A stretch of DNA of 64,000 nucleotides, taken from assembly GCA_905178155.1 (NCBI GenBank), contig CAJINV010000017.1, positions 922,722 through 986,721 of the forward strand, read 5' to 3'. Every line of letters begins with the position of its first letter. Within the stretch, counting starts at the first letter, position 1. The stretch is from Amoebophrya sp. A120 (lineage: Eukaryota > Protista > Dinoflagellata). Both the position numbers and the translations under genes were made by a program. Below, piece after piece: positions 38,301 through 50,300 of this stretch. The notes below the pieces were generated by a model. That model was not told the origin of the DNA. It ran no database searches and worked only from the letters and a program-made list of their open reading frames with translations.

Positions 38301-41300
38301 ATGCTTGTCTGGCATGAATCTTAAATCTGTCATGCACGTTACCCAAGAGCTCCGTTTTTCTGTGATGCAGAAGCGCAGTTTGTCATACAGAATAGGCAAC
38401 ACCTAGGAGCTCAGAAACTTGTCATGCTGAGCCAGCATTTGTAGCCTGGCCCCATCATGAGACGCCACCCAGCATCACAATTTTCCAGACCCAGACACTT
38501 TTACATTTGATAGAAGATCGGGAAAAGCGAGGTCGTCGCCTCCCTGCTCGCCATGGCGGAGGAGGAGCTGCCCGCGTCGGTCTTGTCCGGCAAGGCGTCG
38601 TTGGTCCCCAACATCGAGAGCTCCCCCGTGCGGGGGCAAGCGACTCTCGTCCGGCCGTCCGCCATCGCGAGTCCCAGTGCGGGGCAGTACGGAGCCCGGA
38701 TCAAGCAGTCGCCCGCCCCGAACACGACCAACGCGATGGAAGACAGCGAAGGAGGCGGCGGAGGGAACTACCCGGGGATTAACAGCAAACACGCGTCGAA
38801 GAACTCGCTCAGATCGGACAAATCGAGCGCTGCCAAAAGGAGAAAGTTGATGCAGTTGTCCAGACGGGGGAGTAAATTCAACGAGACGAGTGGTACGAGA
38901 GCAGTAGACAATCATCTTCACGACGCAACAAGGAGCAAGAAAACCGCGAGTGTTTCTGCCTCTGCGCACGACGAATTGTCGAAGCACATCGTGCCCGGGC
39001 GGAAGCAGCCACACCCAGACAAGGATCGGCTTGGGCTGTTGTGCTTTTTGGATGAGTTGTCCGACTCGGATGAGGAAGACCTGGAGCCGGCCGACGCGGC
39101 CGGCCGGGTGATGGTGCAATCCAGTCCGAACATGATTCTCGATAGTCCGAAAATGATGCTTGGTGCGGCCGCGAGTGGTAGAAGTGGTGGCGTAACGACC
39201 GACCTCCGGGACGAGAAACTGCGCCATCCGGATCGGTTTCTCCTCCCACCCGCTTCCAAGGCGCGGGCTCTCGCCGAGGGCCCGGAGAAATTGCTCCAAC
39301 TTCTCGTCGACGTCGCGAAACACCACAAGCTGCGGCCGAAGCAGCCGAGACGGAAGAATTTGCTCCTGACCGCCATGGAATTGCTGTGCAAACGGGCCGC
39401 CGAGCAGATCCAAGCCACTCAGCAGGCGACGAAACTGTTTTCGCCCCTGGAGGGGATGACAAAAATCTACGCGCACCTCATCGCGAAGGAAATCAAGAAT
39501 CTGGACCAGCACCCGGAGGTGAAAAAGCATTGGGGAAACTTGATCGCGCAACTGTACAAGGAGTACAACCCCCAGAAACTTGAATCCGTGCCAGAACTGC
39601 TCGTGAAGTACCACAACAAGGAGCGGCTGCTTTATCTCGGTATAATTATGGTCTAATGCTTATGCTCAGCACAGCAAGGGCAGGACGAGGTTGTCTCCAT
39701 TTATGTCGCAGAAGTGCGATAAAAAACTTTTCTTCGTGATGCAAAAGTTCTTGAGCAGGCGCGTTGATCCTTGTATGCAAAGTGAAAGTTGTCGAAATAA
39801 TATATCAGGTATCTGCGACAAGTACCAGGTGCAACCCCGGTCTGACCTCCCCGAGGAAATCAAGGCCAGGGTGAACGGCGACGCAATTACCCCCGGCATG
39901 GCGAAACCGAACCTGCAGCCGCATTTTCCCTTGAACAACAATGATTATGGAGCGGCTGGGGCACCTCTGGCGAACGGGATGAACAACGCGGGCAACAATA
40001 CCACTTCTGCAATGGCAAACGGCACCGCCACAGGATCGGGGTCCTCTGCGACCTCGGGGGACGACCAAATGAATAACGCGAATGACAACAACGAGCGGAT
40101 TTTCCTGGATGAAATGAACGACGACTATTTCAAAGAGTTCCAAGAACTTTATTTCTCGGAGCTCGTGAAGCTCTACGAGCGGTTCAACCCGATGAAGATC
40201 GACAAGATTCGGCCGATATCAAATGTAAAAATGTCTGGGTCTGGAAGAATACGCGATTTGTCATGCAGCTTTTCCATGACCCATAAGGTCTGGAATGCAG
40301 GACCTACCATGACAGATTCTGCGCGATCTCTCTCATGCCATTCCTGCATGAGAAACTCCCTCCCGACTTGGTCAAAACTGGACGACTTTTGGTAATCATG
40401 CAACACAGATTTTTGCATGCTTCAGATTTAGCATGATAAGTTGCACTCTTCCAGACCCAGACACTTTTACATTTGATAGCCGATGCTGGAGAAGAACAGG
40501 ACCCGGGAACAATTGCTTTTCGAGGGTGTTTATCCTGTGCAAAAGTATCGTACTCGTACTGATCGCATTCATGCATTACAAATTTCATTCTCAGGTTAAA
40601 TCCGCATTGCAAATTTTCTTTCATCTCATGCTGAGTCATGCGATTTATACTAGTACGATACTTTTGCAATGCATAGGGTTTGTGACAAATACGAAATCAA
40701 GCAAACGGACGAGTTTGCGCTGCTGAATTTGCCTCTGCAGCGGAAAATCGCGGTGCTGAAGATCAAGCACACGATAAAACGCATTTTCGAGTTGAAAAAC
40801 CCGGAAAAACTGTCAACTCTTCAGACGGTGATGCAGAAATACCACGGAAAAGAGGAAAAATTGTACACTGCGGTGTGCACGAAATATTCGGTTAGCGAAA
40901 ACGACTTATTGATTCGGGAATTGAAGCAGTGCCGCGACAACGCGGAGAAAAAGGAGAATAATAAAGAAGAAAAGCTGGATAAAGAAATCGGCACTAAGAA
41001 TAAAGACGCAGCTGATAAGGACCCTTTGACCGCGAAAGAGAGGAAAAAACAGGAAAAGCAGCGCACGGAAAAGTTGAAGGCGGCGATTAAGGACATCTAC
41101 AAGCAGAAAAACCCGTCGAAGACAAAGGAATTGTCGAAGACTATTTTTCCGAAGTACTTGAACCGGGAGCACGAGTTGTACACAGCATTGTGCAAGAAGT
41201 ACGACATCCCCGTCGATAAGAAGCTTTTGCCGACTGGTGGTACTAGCTCTTCGAATCAAGACAATGCTGACGGTGACTTCGGTCCCCAGGTCGCGATGAA

Positions 41301-44300
41301 GGCCGCGGCGAACAACAAGGACAACAACAATAAAGCTGGAACAACAACATCAAATCTCCCACCCGATAATTCGGACGAGGAGCATTCCGCCGCGAAGCCG
41401 GACAGTGGGCTGGATTACGAGAAACTCATCTACGATTTGTACAAAGAGCACAACCCGACCAAACTGGAAGATCTTCCTGCTCTGCTCCAAAAATACGAGG
41501 GGCAGCAGGACGAACTGTACGAACGGGTGTGTAAAAAGTACAACGTGGAGCCGATCAAGCCGCAACTACAATCCCCCGCCCAGTCTTCCGTTGCGGACCC
41601 GAGCGAAGCGCCGGAAGACGAGCTGAAAGGGCCGTTTGACGACGACCCGAAGTACTTGCAGTATGCGCTGGATGTACTGTGCATTCTACTGCGGTCCTTG
41701 TCCAACTTGTTTCACATGAACGCAAATCTGCACTTGCCCTACAACCAGTCCGCGACCATGCTGAAGGCTTTGCAGAAACAGAAAGAAGTGGTGCACAAGA
41801 AGAACGGTATGACATTGTTCTTTCTTTGGATACTTGTGCCTGCACTTATAACAGTAAAAACAGGTCGAGGTCATGAGGTGCAACAAGTGCTGCTGCGCGT
41901 AGTAAGTACTACTGCCATCTCGATCTTCTACCTCTGGTGTAATGTAAACCGATGAAAAATGTTGCACATTGTTCTTGCAAAACCGTAGTAATAGTAAATC
42001 ATTTGTATTGACAGACCGGTCCTACAAGTCTCTGTACAAATCCTCCTGGGATCTCTCCGTCCTCCCCCCGGACCAACTCCGCGACCTGCAACTGGCGTTG
42101 AAGCCTCGGAAGATGCGGGAGCTCGAGGACAAACTCGGCAGCCGGGTGTTCCTCAGCTACCAAAATGACGTCCTGGAACTCATATGGATTGTAAAAATGT
42201 CTGGGTCTGGAAACTTGTGATGCTGGGTGTCGTATCATGAAGAGCCCACAAGTGCTGGCTCAGCATGACAAGCTTTTGAGCTTCAAGGTGTTGCCTATTC
42301 TGCATGACAAACTGCGTCCCTGCATGACAGCAAAATCGGGCTATTGGGTAGCGTGCATGACAGATTTATGAGTCATGGCAGACAAGCATGACAAACATGC
42401 ACTCTTCCAGACCCAGACATATTTGCATTTGATAACTCAAAGGGTCCAACAAGCAGCAGATGGACCAGGCCATCCTGCTGGTCTCCCGCCTCTTATGCAC
42501 TGCAAAAGTATCGTGCTAGTATAGATTGCAATACAAATTGGCTCAGCATTACAAGTTGAATTTGTTTTGCAGATTTGCCTTGGGAACTAGATTTGTAATG
42601 CATAAATGCAATTAGTACGCTACGACTACGATACTTTTGCACAGGATACCTCTTGGACGACATCAACGGCGACAGCGACTTGGAGTCCGACAAAGACTAC
42701 GGCTGCGACGAGTCGACCACCTGCCTCTACACCGCTTGCACGGAAACCTACCACGGCGACGACGTGCTCCCCATGTACGTGAACCGCCAAAACATCCTCC
42801 TGGACATCCGGATATGAATTGCAAAAGCATCGCAATAGCATGAATTGCATTACAAATTTGCTCAGCATGAGAAATGGAATCTGTAATGCTGCTTGACGTT
42901 AGGAAAAAGATTTGTAATGCATAACTGCAATTACTACGAGTGCGATGCTTTTGCACTGGATACCGGACCCCCTTCGACCATTTGCGACACAAGTACAGCT
43001 GCAGCATCCGGTTCGACTACCAGGAGCCGGTGCTACCCGCGGAACTCCGCGACAAGCCGGAGGAGGACAGAACCCCGATCGAGGACTTCTTCGAAGACGG
43101 CATCACGCCGGAACGGCTCATGGCGCTGCAGAAGGAAATCCACGAGGACGCTTTGCTACCCTTGTTCAAGGACGAGTGGCTGCGGAACCTGAACGCGAAA
43201 AAGATGCGCATGAAGGGCGGGATCGTTTTCAACCTGGAGTTATGGATTGTAAAAGTGTCTGGGTCCAGCACCTCTGGAAACTTGTGATGCTGGGTGACGT
43301 ATCATGAAGAGGCCACAAGTGCTGGCTCAGCATGACAAGCTTTTGAGTTTCTAGGTGTTGCCTATTTTGCATGACAAACTGCGTTTCTGCATGACAGCGA
43401 AGTTAGTGTGGCTCTTGGGTAACGTGCATGACAGATTTATAAGAGTCATGCCAGACAAGCATGACAAACGTGCACTCTTGGAGACCCAGACATATTTGCT
43501 TTTGATAGGAGTTCGACCGGCGGGCCAACACGTTGGCGTTGATCGCGGTCGCGAAGTCGAAGGTGGCTCTGGACTATGGAAGTGTCAGGATTGAAATCGA
43601 CAAAGTTGAAATGATTTGTCATGCATAAAATGGATGCCAGTTGAGTTGGAAGCCCACTTATCAAGCGGCGCATGACAAATTTTCCGAGCACCGGAATCCA
43701 TTTTGTGATGCTGTTTGGGCGCAGAAGACTGCTTTTGTCATGCGAACTTAGTAGCTCTATTACTATTTCAAACCCTAAACAGGCTCACAATCGGCCTCGC
43801 GTGCTATCCCGGCAAGACAGGCACTTCATGCCTTGCATTTTATGCATGACAAATCATTTCAACTTTGTCGATTTCAAACCTGACGCTTCCATATAGACCG
43901 GATCGCGGATAAGGTGGGGGAGGCCTTGGAGCATGGCGCGAAGTACCAGTATTTGCCCTTCGTGGACCGGGACAAGCTGAAGGAAATGAGTGTCGGGCCC
44001 TTCGGCCCCGCGTGGATCCGAACCGACGTGCACTTTCCGCCACCAGTCAACCAGAAGGCGATCCGCAGTTATCACCAGTCGCAACACCAGCAGGCGGTAA
44101 TAGAATGAAAATTTCGTATATGATTTGTCGTGCTTTATTGGTAGGAACAACCAGTGTCAGTGAAGAACCTATGTGTGGTGCCTCATGTTTATGTTCTCAT
44201 GCATGTTTCCTAATTGATTTATCGACTTCGAAACAAAACAGATCCACCGCGACGTTTCGTACACGTCTGATGAGTTCGAGCCGGAACACGATCGAAACGA

Positions 44301-47300
44301 GGACACGACCGCCCCCGACAACGTAGAAGATGAAACCCTTCTCGACCACCGGCCGTTAAAATTGACCCGGCAGATGATTTTCAACCACATCCAGAAGCAG
44401 AAAGCGCGATATGAAAATACCAATGAGGTTCCCATGGGCGACGACAAACACACGAAGTTGAACATCAGGAACTTAATCGATTTCCAGACTTATCAACTGT
44501 AAAAATGTCTGGGTCTGGAAGAATCCAACTTGTCATGCTGATTTTGGATTCTAAAAAAATCTGTATTGCATGAGCAGCAAAGAGAGTCCAAGTTTTGCTA
44601 CACGGAAAGAGCATTTGTCATGCGGTATAGGCATCAGGAAGCCCTCACAAAATCTGTGATGCTAGGGCATGCATCGCAGACATCAGGAGTCATGCAAAAT
44701 GTGCATGACAAGCCTGGCAATCCCAATCTTCCAGACCCAGACATTTTTACATTTGATAAGACCGACACGCTGCACGACTGGGGCAAGGTGAAGCAGAGAC
44801 TGGACAACGCGGTGTTCGACCCCACGGCGGAGCAGGGGACCAAGCAGTCCATCCGGGAAAGACGAGCCTGGAAGTACTGCAGCAATCCGTGGTTGGAGAA
44901 GAAAATTGAGGAGAACTACCGGGAAAACGCGGTGTGCGTGAACTGCCACGAGTTTGGCCACACCATCGAGGAGTGCGATAAGCCGTGCCGGTTCACGAAG
45001 GTGGACTTGGCAAACGCGGAGCCGGAAGACCGGACGGAGGACGCGCTGTATCGGAGGGTGGAAGAGGCGGTGGAGAAGCTGGCGAGTTGGAGAACCAGCG
45101 ATACGTGTGTCACGACAAGGTTCTCGATGTTCAAAATGCAACAACTACTCCACAAGTTGAAGCAGTGGGGCGGCGTGAGTGTCGAGGCGTTGCGCCGAAT
45201 GCACCTACCGCCGGAGAAAATCACCGCTTTAGTGGATGAGATCACGGTGTTGTCACAGTCGGGGTTGGTGTTTCCGGCCGAAGTCGACCCCTTGTGTCAA
45301 GTATCATTTGTAAAAACGTCCCCACCCAAGAGTTGTAATGCAAATCTGCATGCTGAAAATGTTTCTCATGCAGAGACCCATGAGAAGCAGTCTCTAGTCG
45401 TGTTGTGGGATTTGTGATGCTAGAATCATCATGATATGCTAGAACTGTGATGCTGCTGAACAAGCTAAACAGGATTACACTGCGAGGCCTAACTTGTCAT
45501 GCGCAACAGCAAAAGCTGACAGATTTGTCTAGCAGATTTCCCAGCTTGACTCTGGTGTGGGGACGTTTTTATTCAGGATATCAAGCGCTGTTGAAAAACC
45601 CCATGCTACTCCACGACCAGACGAGCCTGACCAACGCCCAGAATTACAAGGGCCAAAGAGACGCGTTCGGGGGGCGGCAGCCGCCGTTACCAGTGCAGCC
45701 TTTGTCGGAATTTATCGTGCGAAAAAAGTGTTTCACTGTAAGGATTTTGCAAGTTTGGCATGACAAGTTCGTTACACATGACAGGGAAAACTTGCCATGC
45801 GAGGTTCCTAAGGGAAAACACAGCTAAAAATCGCCTGTCTTGCATGTGTAGCAAGACAAACACTTCTGAGATGCAGTTTCTGCATTACAAGTTTACAGTG
45901 AAACAGTTTTTTCTTGCGATAGAATTCCGGAAGGAGCAGGGGATTCCAGACCCGCTGACGACCGCGATCAAGATATCCTGAGTAAAAACGTACCCACACC
46001 AGAGTTGTAATGCAGATTTGCAAAGACAGGAAGACTTGTAATGCGCATCCCCATGAGAGCCATTTCCAGTCGTGTTTTGGAATTTGCGACGCTGTGAACA
46101 GGATGAGCAGATGAATCTGTGATGCGGCTGCACTTGCTAACCTGCACTACACTGCATAGCGCAGCTTGTCATGCGTGACTCACAAAACTCCTAGGCTTGT
46201 GTTGCAAAATCCCCATCCTGACTCTGGTGTGGGTACGTTTTTACTCAGGATACAAGAACGCAAGTCACAGTAGCTCGTCGTCTAGCGGACCAGGAGGTCC
46301 GGCGGGAACCACCACCGCGGCGGCATCAACTGCAAAAACCCTTGCGCCGACCCTATCGCCCACGACAACCGCGGCAGCGGCCTCCTCCGGCGATGTTGCG
46401 ACGGTCCATCCTGACAGTCCGAACAAAAGAAGGGATTCGCTGTTCCCAGATTTCTACAACGACGACGATATGAGCAGTAGCGACGAAGAGGATAGCTTCC
46501 TTATTCCGAGTCTGAGGAAAAAGGAAGGCGAGCCGAGTTCTGCAAAGAATAACAACACATCATCTTCGGGCCAAGTAAATGATCAAAATGCAGGAAACGC
46601 CGACAATAACAACAAGAACACCGGCGCAAATACTAAACCTTTATCTGACCTGAAACCGGAGCCGCCGATTCACGGCCCGCCGCCGGTTCCAATCAGCGAC
46701 TGGAAGCACGTGGAGAAGATCTTTTTAGAAGACTACCTGCAACGGTATCTCTACGGCGCCAATGTGATGTCCCGGATTTTGGGGAGGGGCGGTGGGAACC
46801 ATAAACTAATGGAGCAAGAATCCGGAACCCGGATATATTTCCGCGGGGTCGGGATTTCCCCGGATTTGCGGAAGTTTCCGGAATTGGACCAGTTTTGCAT
46901 ATGCATTGCAAAAGTAGCATCGTACTCGTATACATGCTAGTCTTGCATCACAGATGTAGATTCTGACCCTATGCCGCTCCGGCCCCTGCGGAGGCTTGCC
47001 TCCCCAGCGACGCCGGACAATGGCAATGTCGGCGCGGTTGTTTTAGCATCGCAGAAGATGTAGATTTATACCTGAATCACCATGACACATTCCACTTTTC
47101 ATTTTGGAAAAATTATTTGCCATGCGATTTATACTAGCACGATACTTTTGCAATGCATATTACAACGACAGCAGCAAGATGATCTGGGACGACGACATTG
47201 AGAGGGACCGGCATAATGGCCGGGTCTCGATCACGAGCTCGGTACTACACAGGGACGGGACAATCACGTCGAGAACCCAAACGGAATACGCGGACTCGGA

Positions 47301-50300
47301 GAAGAGGCTGCACATGCTGGTGCGCGCGGAGTCGCCCGAGCAGGTGGTCATCGTGAAGAAGAAACTGAAGGAAATCATGGAAAACATCGACTTGGGGCTC
47401 CAAGTCGACGCCAGAATCCAGGATGTTTTCAACACGAGCAACCAACAAAATCACGACCAGGGCGGGCGAAACTCGGGAAACAACCTCCCCGCCGGCCCCG
47501 AGCACCATCCCTTCTACCCAATGGTCCCCTTCGAGGCGATCTACACCACGGAAGTTCCGGTCCGGGAGATCAAAAAGGACTGGAAGTTTCAGTTCCCGGC
47601 TTCCGAGGAATTTAAACCGCTCGCCGCGAAGATCGACCGGTTCTGCAAGGGATATTCGAAAGAAGTGGACAACTTTGTTCAATTCGCGAAGACCTTCGCG
47701 GAGGAGCAACAGACGTTGACACAGCAACAAGACGCAGCAGCACAAGCACTTCCTGACGTCGATAAAAAGAACCCCAACGCAGAAGTTGATGAAGACGGCG
47801 AGGAAAACGAAAATAATGGCAGCGGCACGACGACCAGCGCGACCGCCGCGAAGAAGATGACGAAGAAGCAGAGGGAAAAGGAGCAGCAGGAGAATCTGTT
47901 GAAGGAACTGGAGGAGCCGAAGGACTTGGTCCGAACCAATTGGTTCGGGAAACCACAACTGAGGTCCGAATTCCAGAACAACATTTTCGAAATCCCGGGG
48001 TTGGACCTGCCGGATTTCGAAGCCTGCGGCGATCCGGAATTCAACGACATCATAAACGCGTTCATCGCCATGCTGTCGGACTGGCAGCTATCCACAGTAA
48101 ATTTCCCGTACACGACGTACAAATGCGGTCTCTGCATGACAAAACATGGCTTCGATCCTACCTTAGCATGACAAGTTTTACGGCGCCCTATATTGGTGAA
48201 ATTTGTGATCCATGCATCTTGTACATCATGTACGGAAAATTTGTATTGCATAGTAGCGCCCGTACTGGTTTGAGCCGAATGAGTTGATCGCCACACAATC
48301 GTTAGTCCACGGTCCGTATGAAATGTAAAAATGTCTGGGTCTGGAAGATTCTGAAATTTCTCATGCATGTTTTGCATGACCCAGGATGTCTGTAATGCAC
48401 GACCGCGCATCACAGATTTTGAGAGGGCTTCCTGATGCCTACTCCGCATGACAAACGCCCTCCCCGCGTAGCACAAACTAGACTCCTCTTGCGGGTCATG
48501 CAATGCAGATTTTTCTAGAGTCCAAAGTTAGCATCACAAGTTGCAATCTTCCAGACCCAGACACTTTTACAGTTCATAGCCCGGTGGAGGTCCCGGAGGA
48601 GGCGAATTTATTGAAATTAATCGACCAGGCGGAGAACGCGAATTCGCCAACAGCGGGTGGCTTGAAGAGAACTGGGTCCTCTAATAGACCCGGTTTGAGC
48701 GGCTCCTTGAAGGGGAAGGCGGCGTCGACGCTACTCGCCGCACTACCCAAGCCGAAAGCAGCGATGGCAAAGCCAGCAGGAGCAGGTGCTATTGTGAAAA
48801 GAAGTAATAAGTTGCCTCCAAATATTTCCGCGATTGTGAAGAAGAAGATGAAGAAGTCGAGGAAAGCGCGGCGAAATCGCTACAGCAACAGCTGCTTCGC
48901 GAACAGTTTGCTCGCCGGGCACCATGTTGCTCTGTCCGACGCCGCGGTGGACCGGTTCGCACGGGTTTTGTTTCAGTCCGGACTTTTACCCTCAACTGTG
49001 ACGAGCTTCAAGCAGGTCGCTGACGGGTTGCGTGCCGCGCGCGGGGTGGTGCGGTGTGAGAAGCACGATGAGGAGTTGTTGATGATGATGAAGTACCCCT
49101 GGGCGGTGTATTCGGATTTGCACAAGTCCCAGTCCGTGAAAGACAAGGTCGGATACCCCTCAGGGCTAGCGGATGTCCACAAAGAGTTGAAAATGCTCGG
49201 CAGGAAAGCGCCCGTGGAGATCGTGGTGGAAGAAGAAGGCGCCTTGGAAACAAATTTCGGCACCGCAGCAAATAGTAAAATCGGCCCCATACCCTCCCCC
49301 CATGCATCCCCGAGACAGTCGCCGAAAACCGGTGCGGTTGTGCCGGCCAAGGCGACAGGAGCTGCGAGCAAGCCGCTGAACTCCCCGCAAATGTCCGCTG
49401 CACCTCAGGTGGATAAAAAAATCACGGCAACCACCATGTCTGAAACCACACTCGCGCTGCAGCGACCGGTGGGGAACAGGAAGACCCAGCTTTGCTACTA
49501 CGGCTACTTGGTCGACTGGCGGTTGCCCAACCCGCCGATGGAACAGAATCTGTACGCGCAAGAGCACGGGCTGGACGCGCTGAAGATCGACCAGCCGGAG
49601 GCGCCGATCATCCCGCAGAGACCCAAACAGCCGGTCATCGATCAACAAGCAGTAGCCGCGGAAAACCTGCAGAAGGCGTCGATGGCAAAGGCAGTGTCGA
49701 AAGCAGCGGTCGTCGACCCGCCGGCAGCTGCCAAAAGTGGTGGCGCGCAGACTGGTCCTTCTGCACCTGCCGGGCTGGTGGCCGCGGGGTCACTACCACA
49801 GCAGGGCATGATGAACAACAATAATCCGATGAATCAACAGCGAATTATGAATGCAAACAACAACCCGATGATGAATCAGATGCAAAATAACAGCGGGCAA
49901 AATTACAACATCAACCAGCCGATGATGATGAACAATCAGCAGACTAGCAACATGATGATGGGCATCAACCCCGCCAACAACAATAGCAACCTGCCGCCTA
50001 ATCCCATTCAAGCGACTTCCGCGAAAGCGCCGGCGTTGCTGATGGTCGAACGCGAGAAGCAGATTGGCGAAAAAACGGGCATCACCGCGAAACTGGTGGA
50101 TGCGGGTGCCGCGCAGAACATCGTCGTGTTGGAGAGCGAAAGAGAGGAGCAACGAAGACGACAAGAGGAACTGGCAAAGAAGCAGGCCGAATTGGAGCAA
50201 AAGAGGAAAGCGGAAGAGGAGAAAAAGCGGAAGGAGCAGGAAGAGGCCGAGAAAAAGAAGCGCGCCCAGGCGGAAATCGCGGCGCTCGCGATGCAGGCGA

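Noticed and set aside
38256-40676. Idea that terminal ATA plus a G-starting duplication always builds a TAG acceptor
   Set aside because: Holds for gaaga, gccga, ggagt, gaatt and gaagt but fails for actca, cctct, ccgga and others.
38256-48578. Recurring gtctgggtctggaa/ttccagacccagac units as a CRISPR array
   Set aside because: They are inverted pairs ~260 bp apart inside a eukaryotic gene, with no regular spacers or cas genes.
40217-48578. Recurrent peptides such as VKMSGSG, LPDPDTFTF and CKSIVLV as a protein repeat
   Set aside because: Translations of the TIRs where ORFs run into the inserts.
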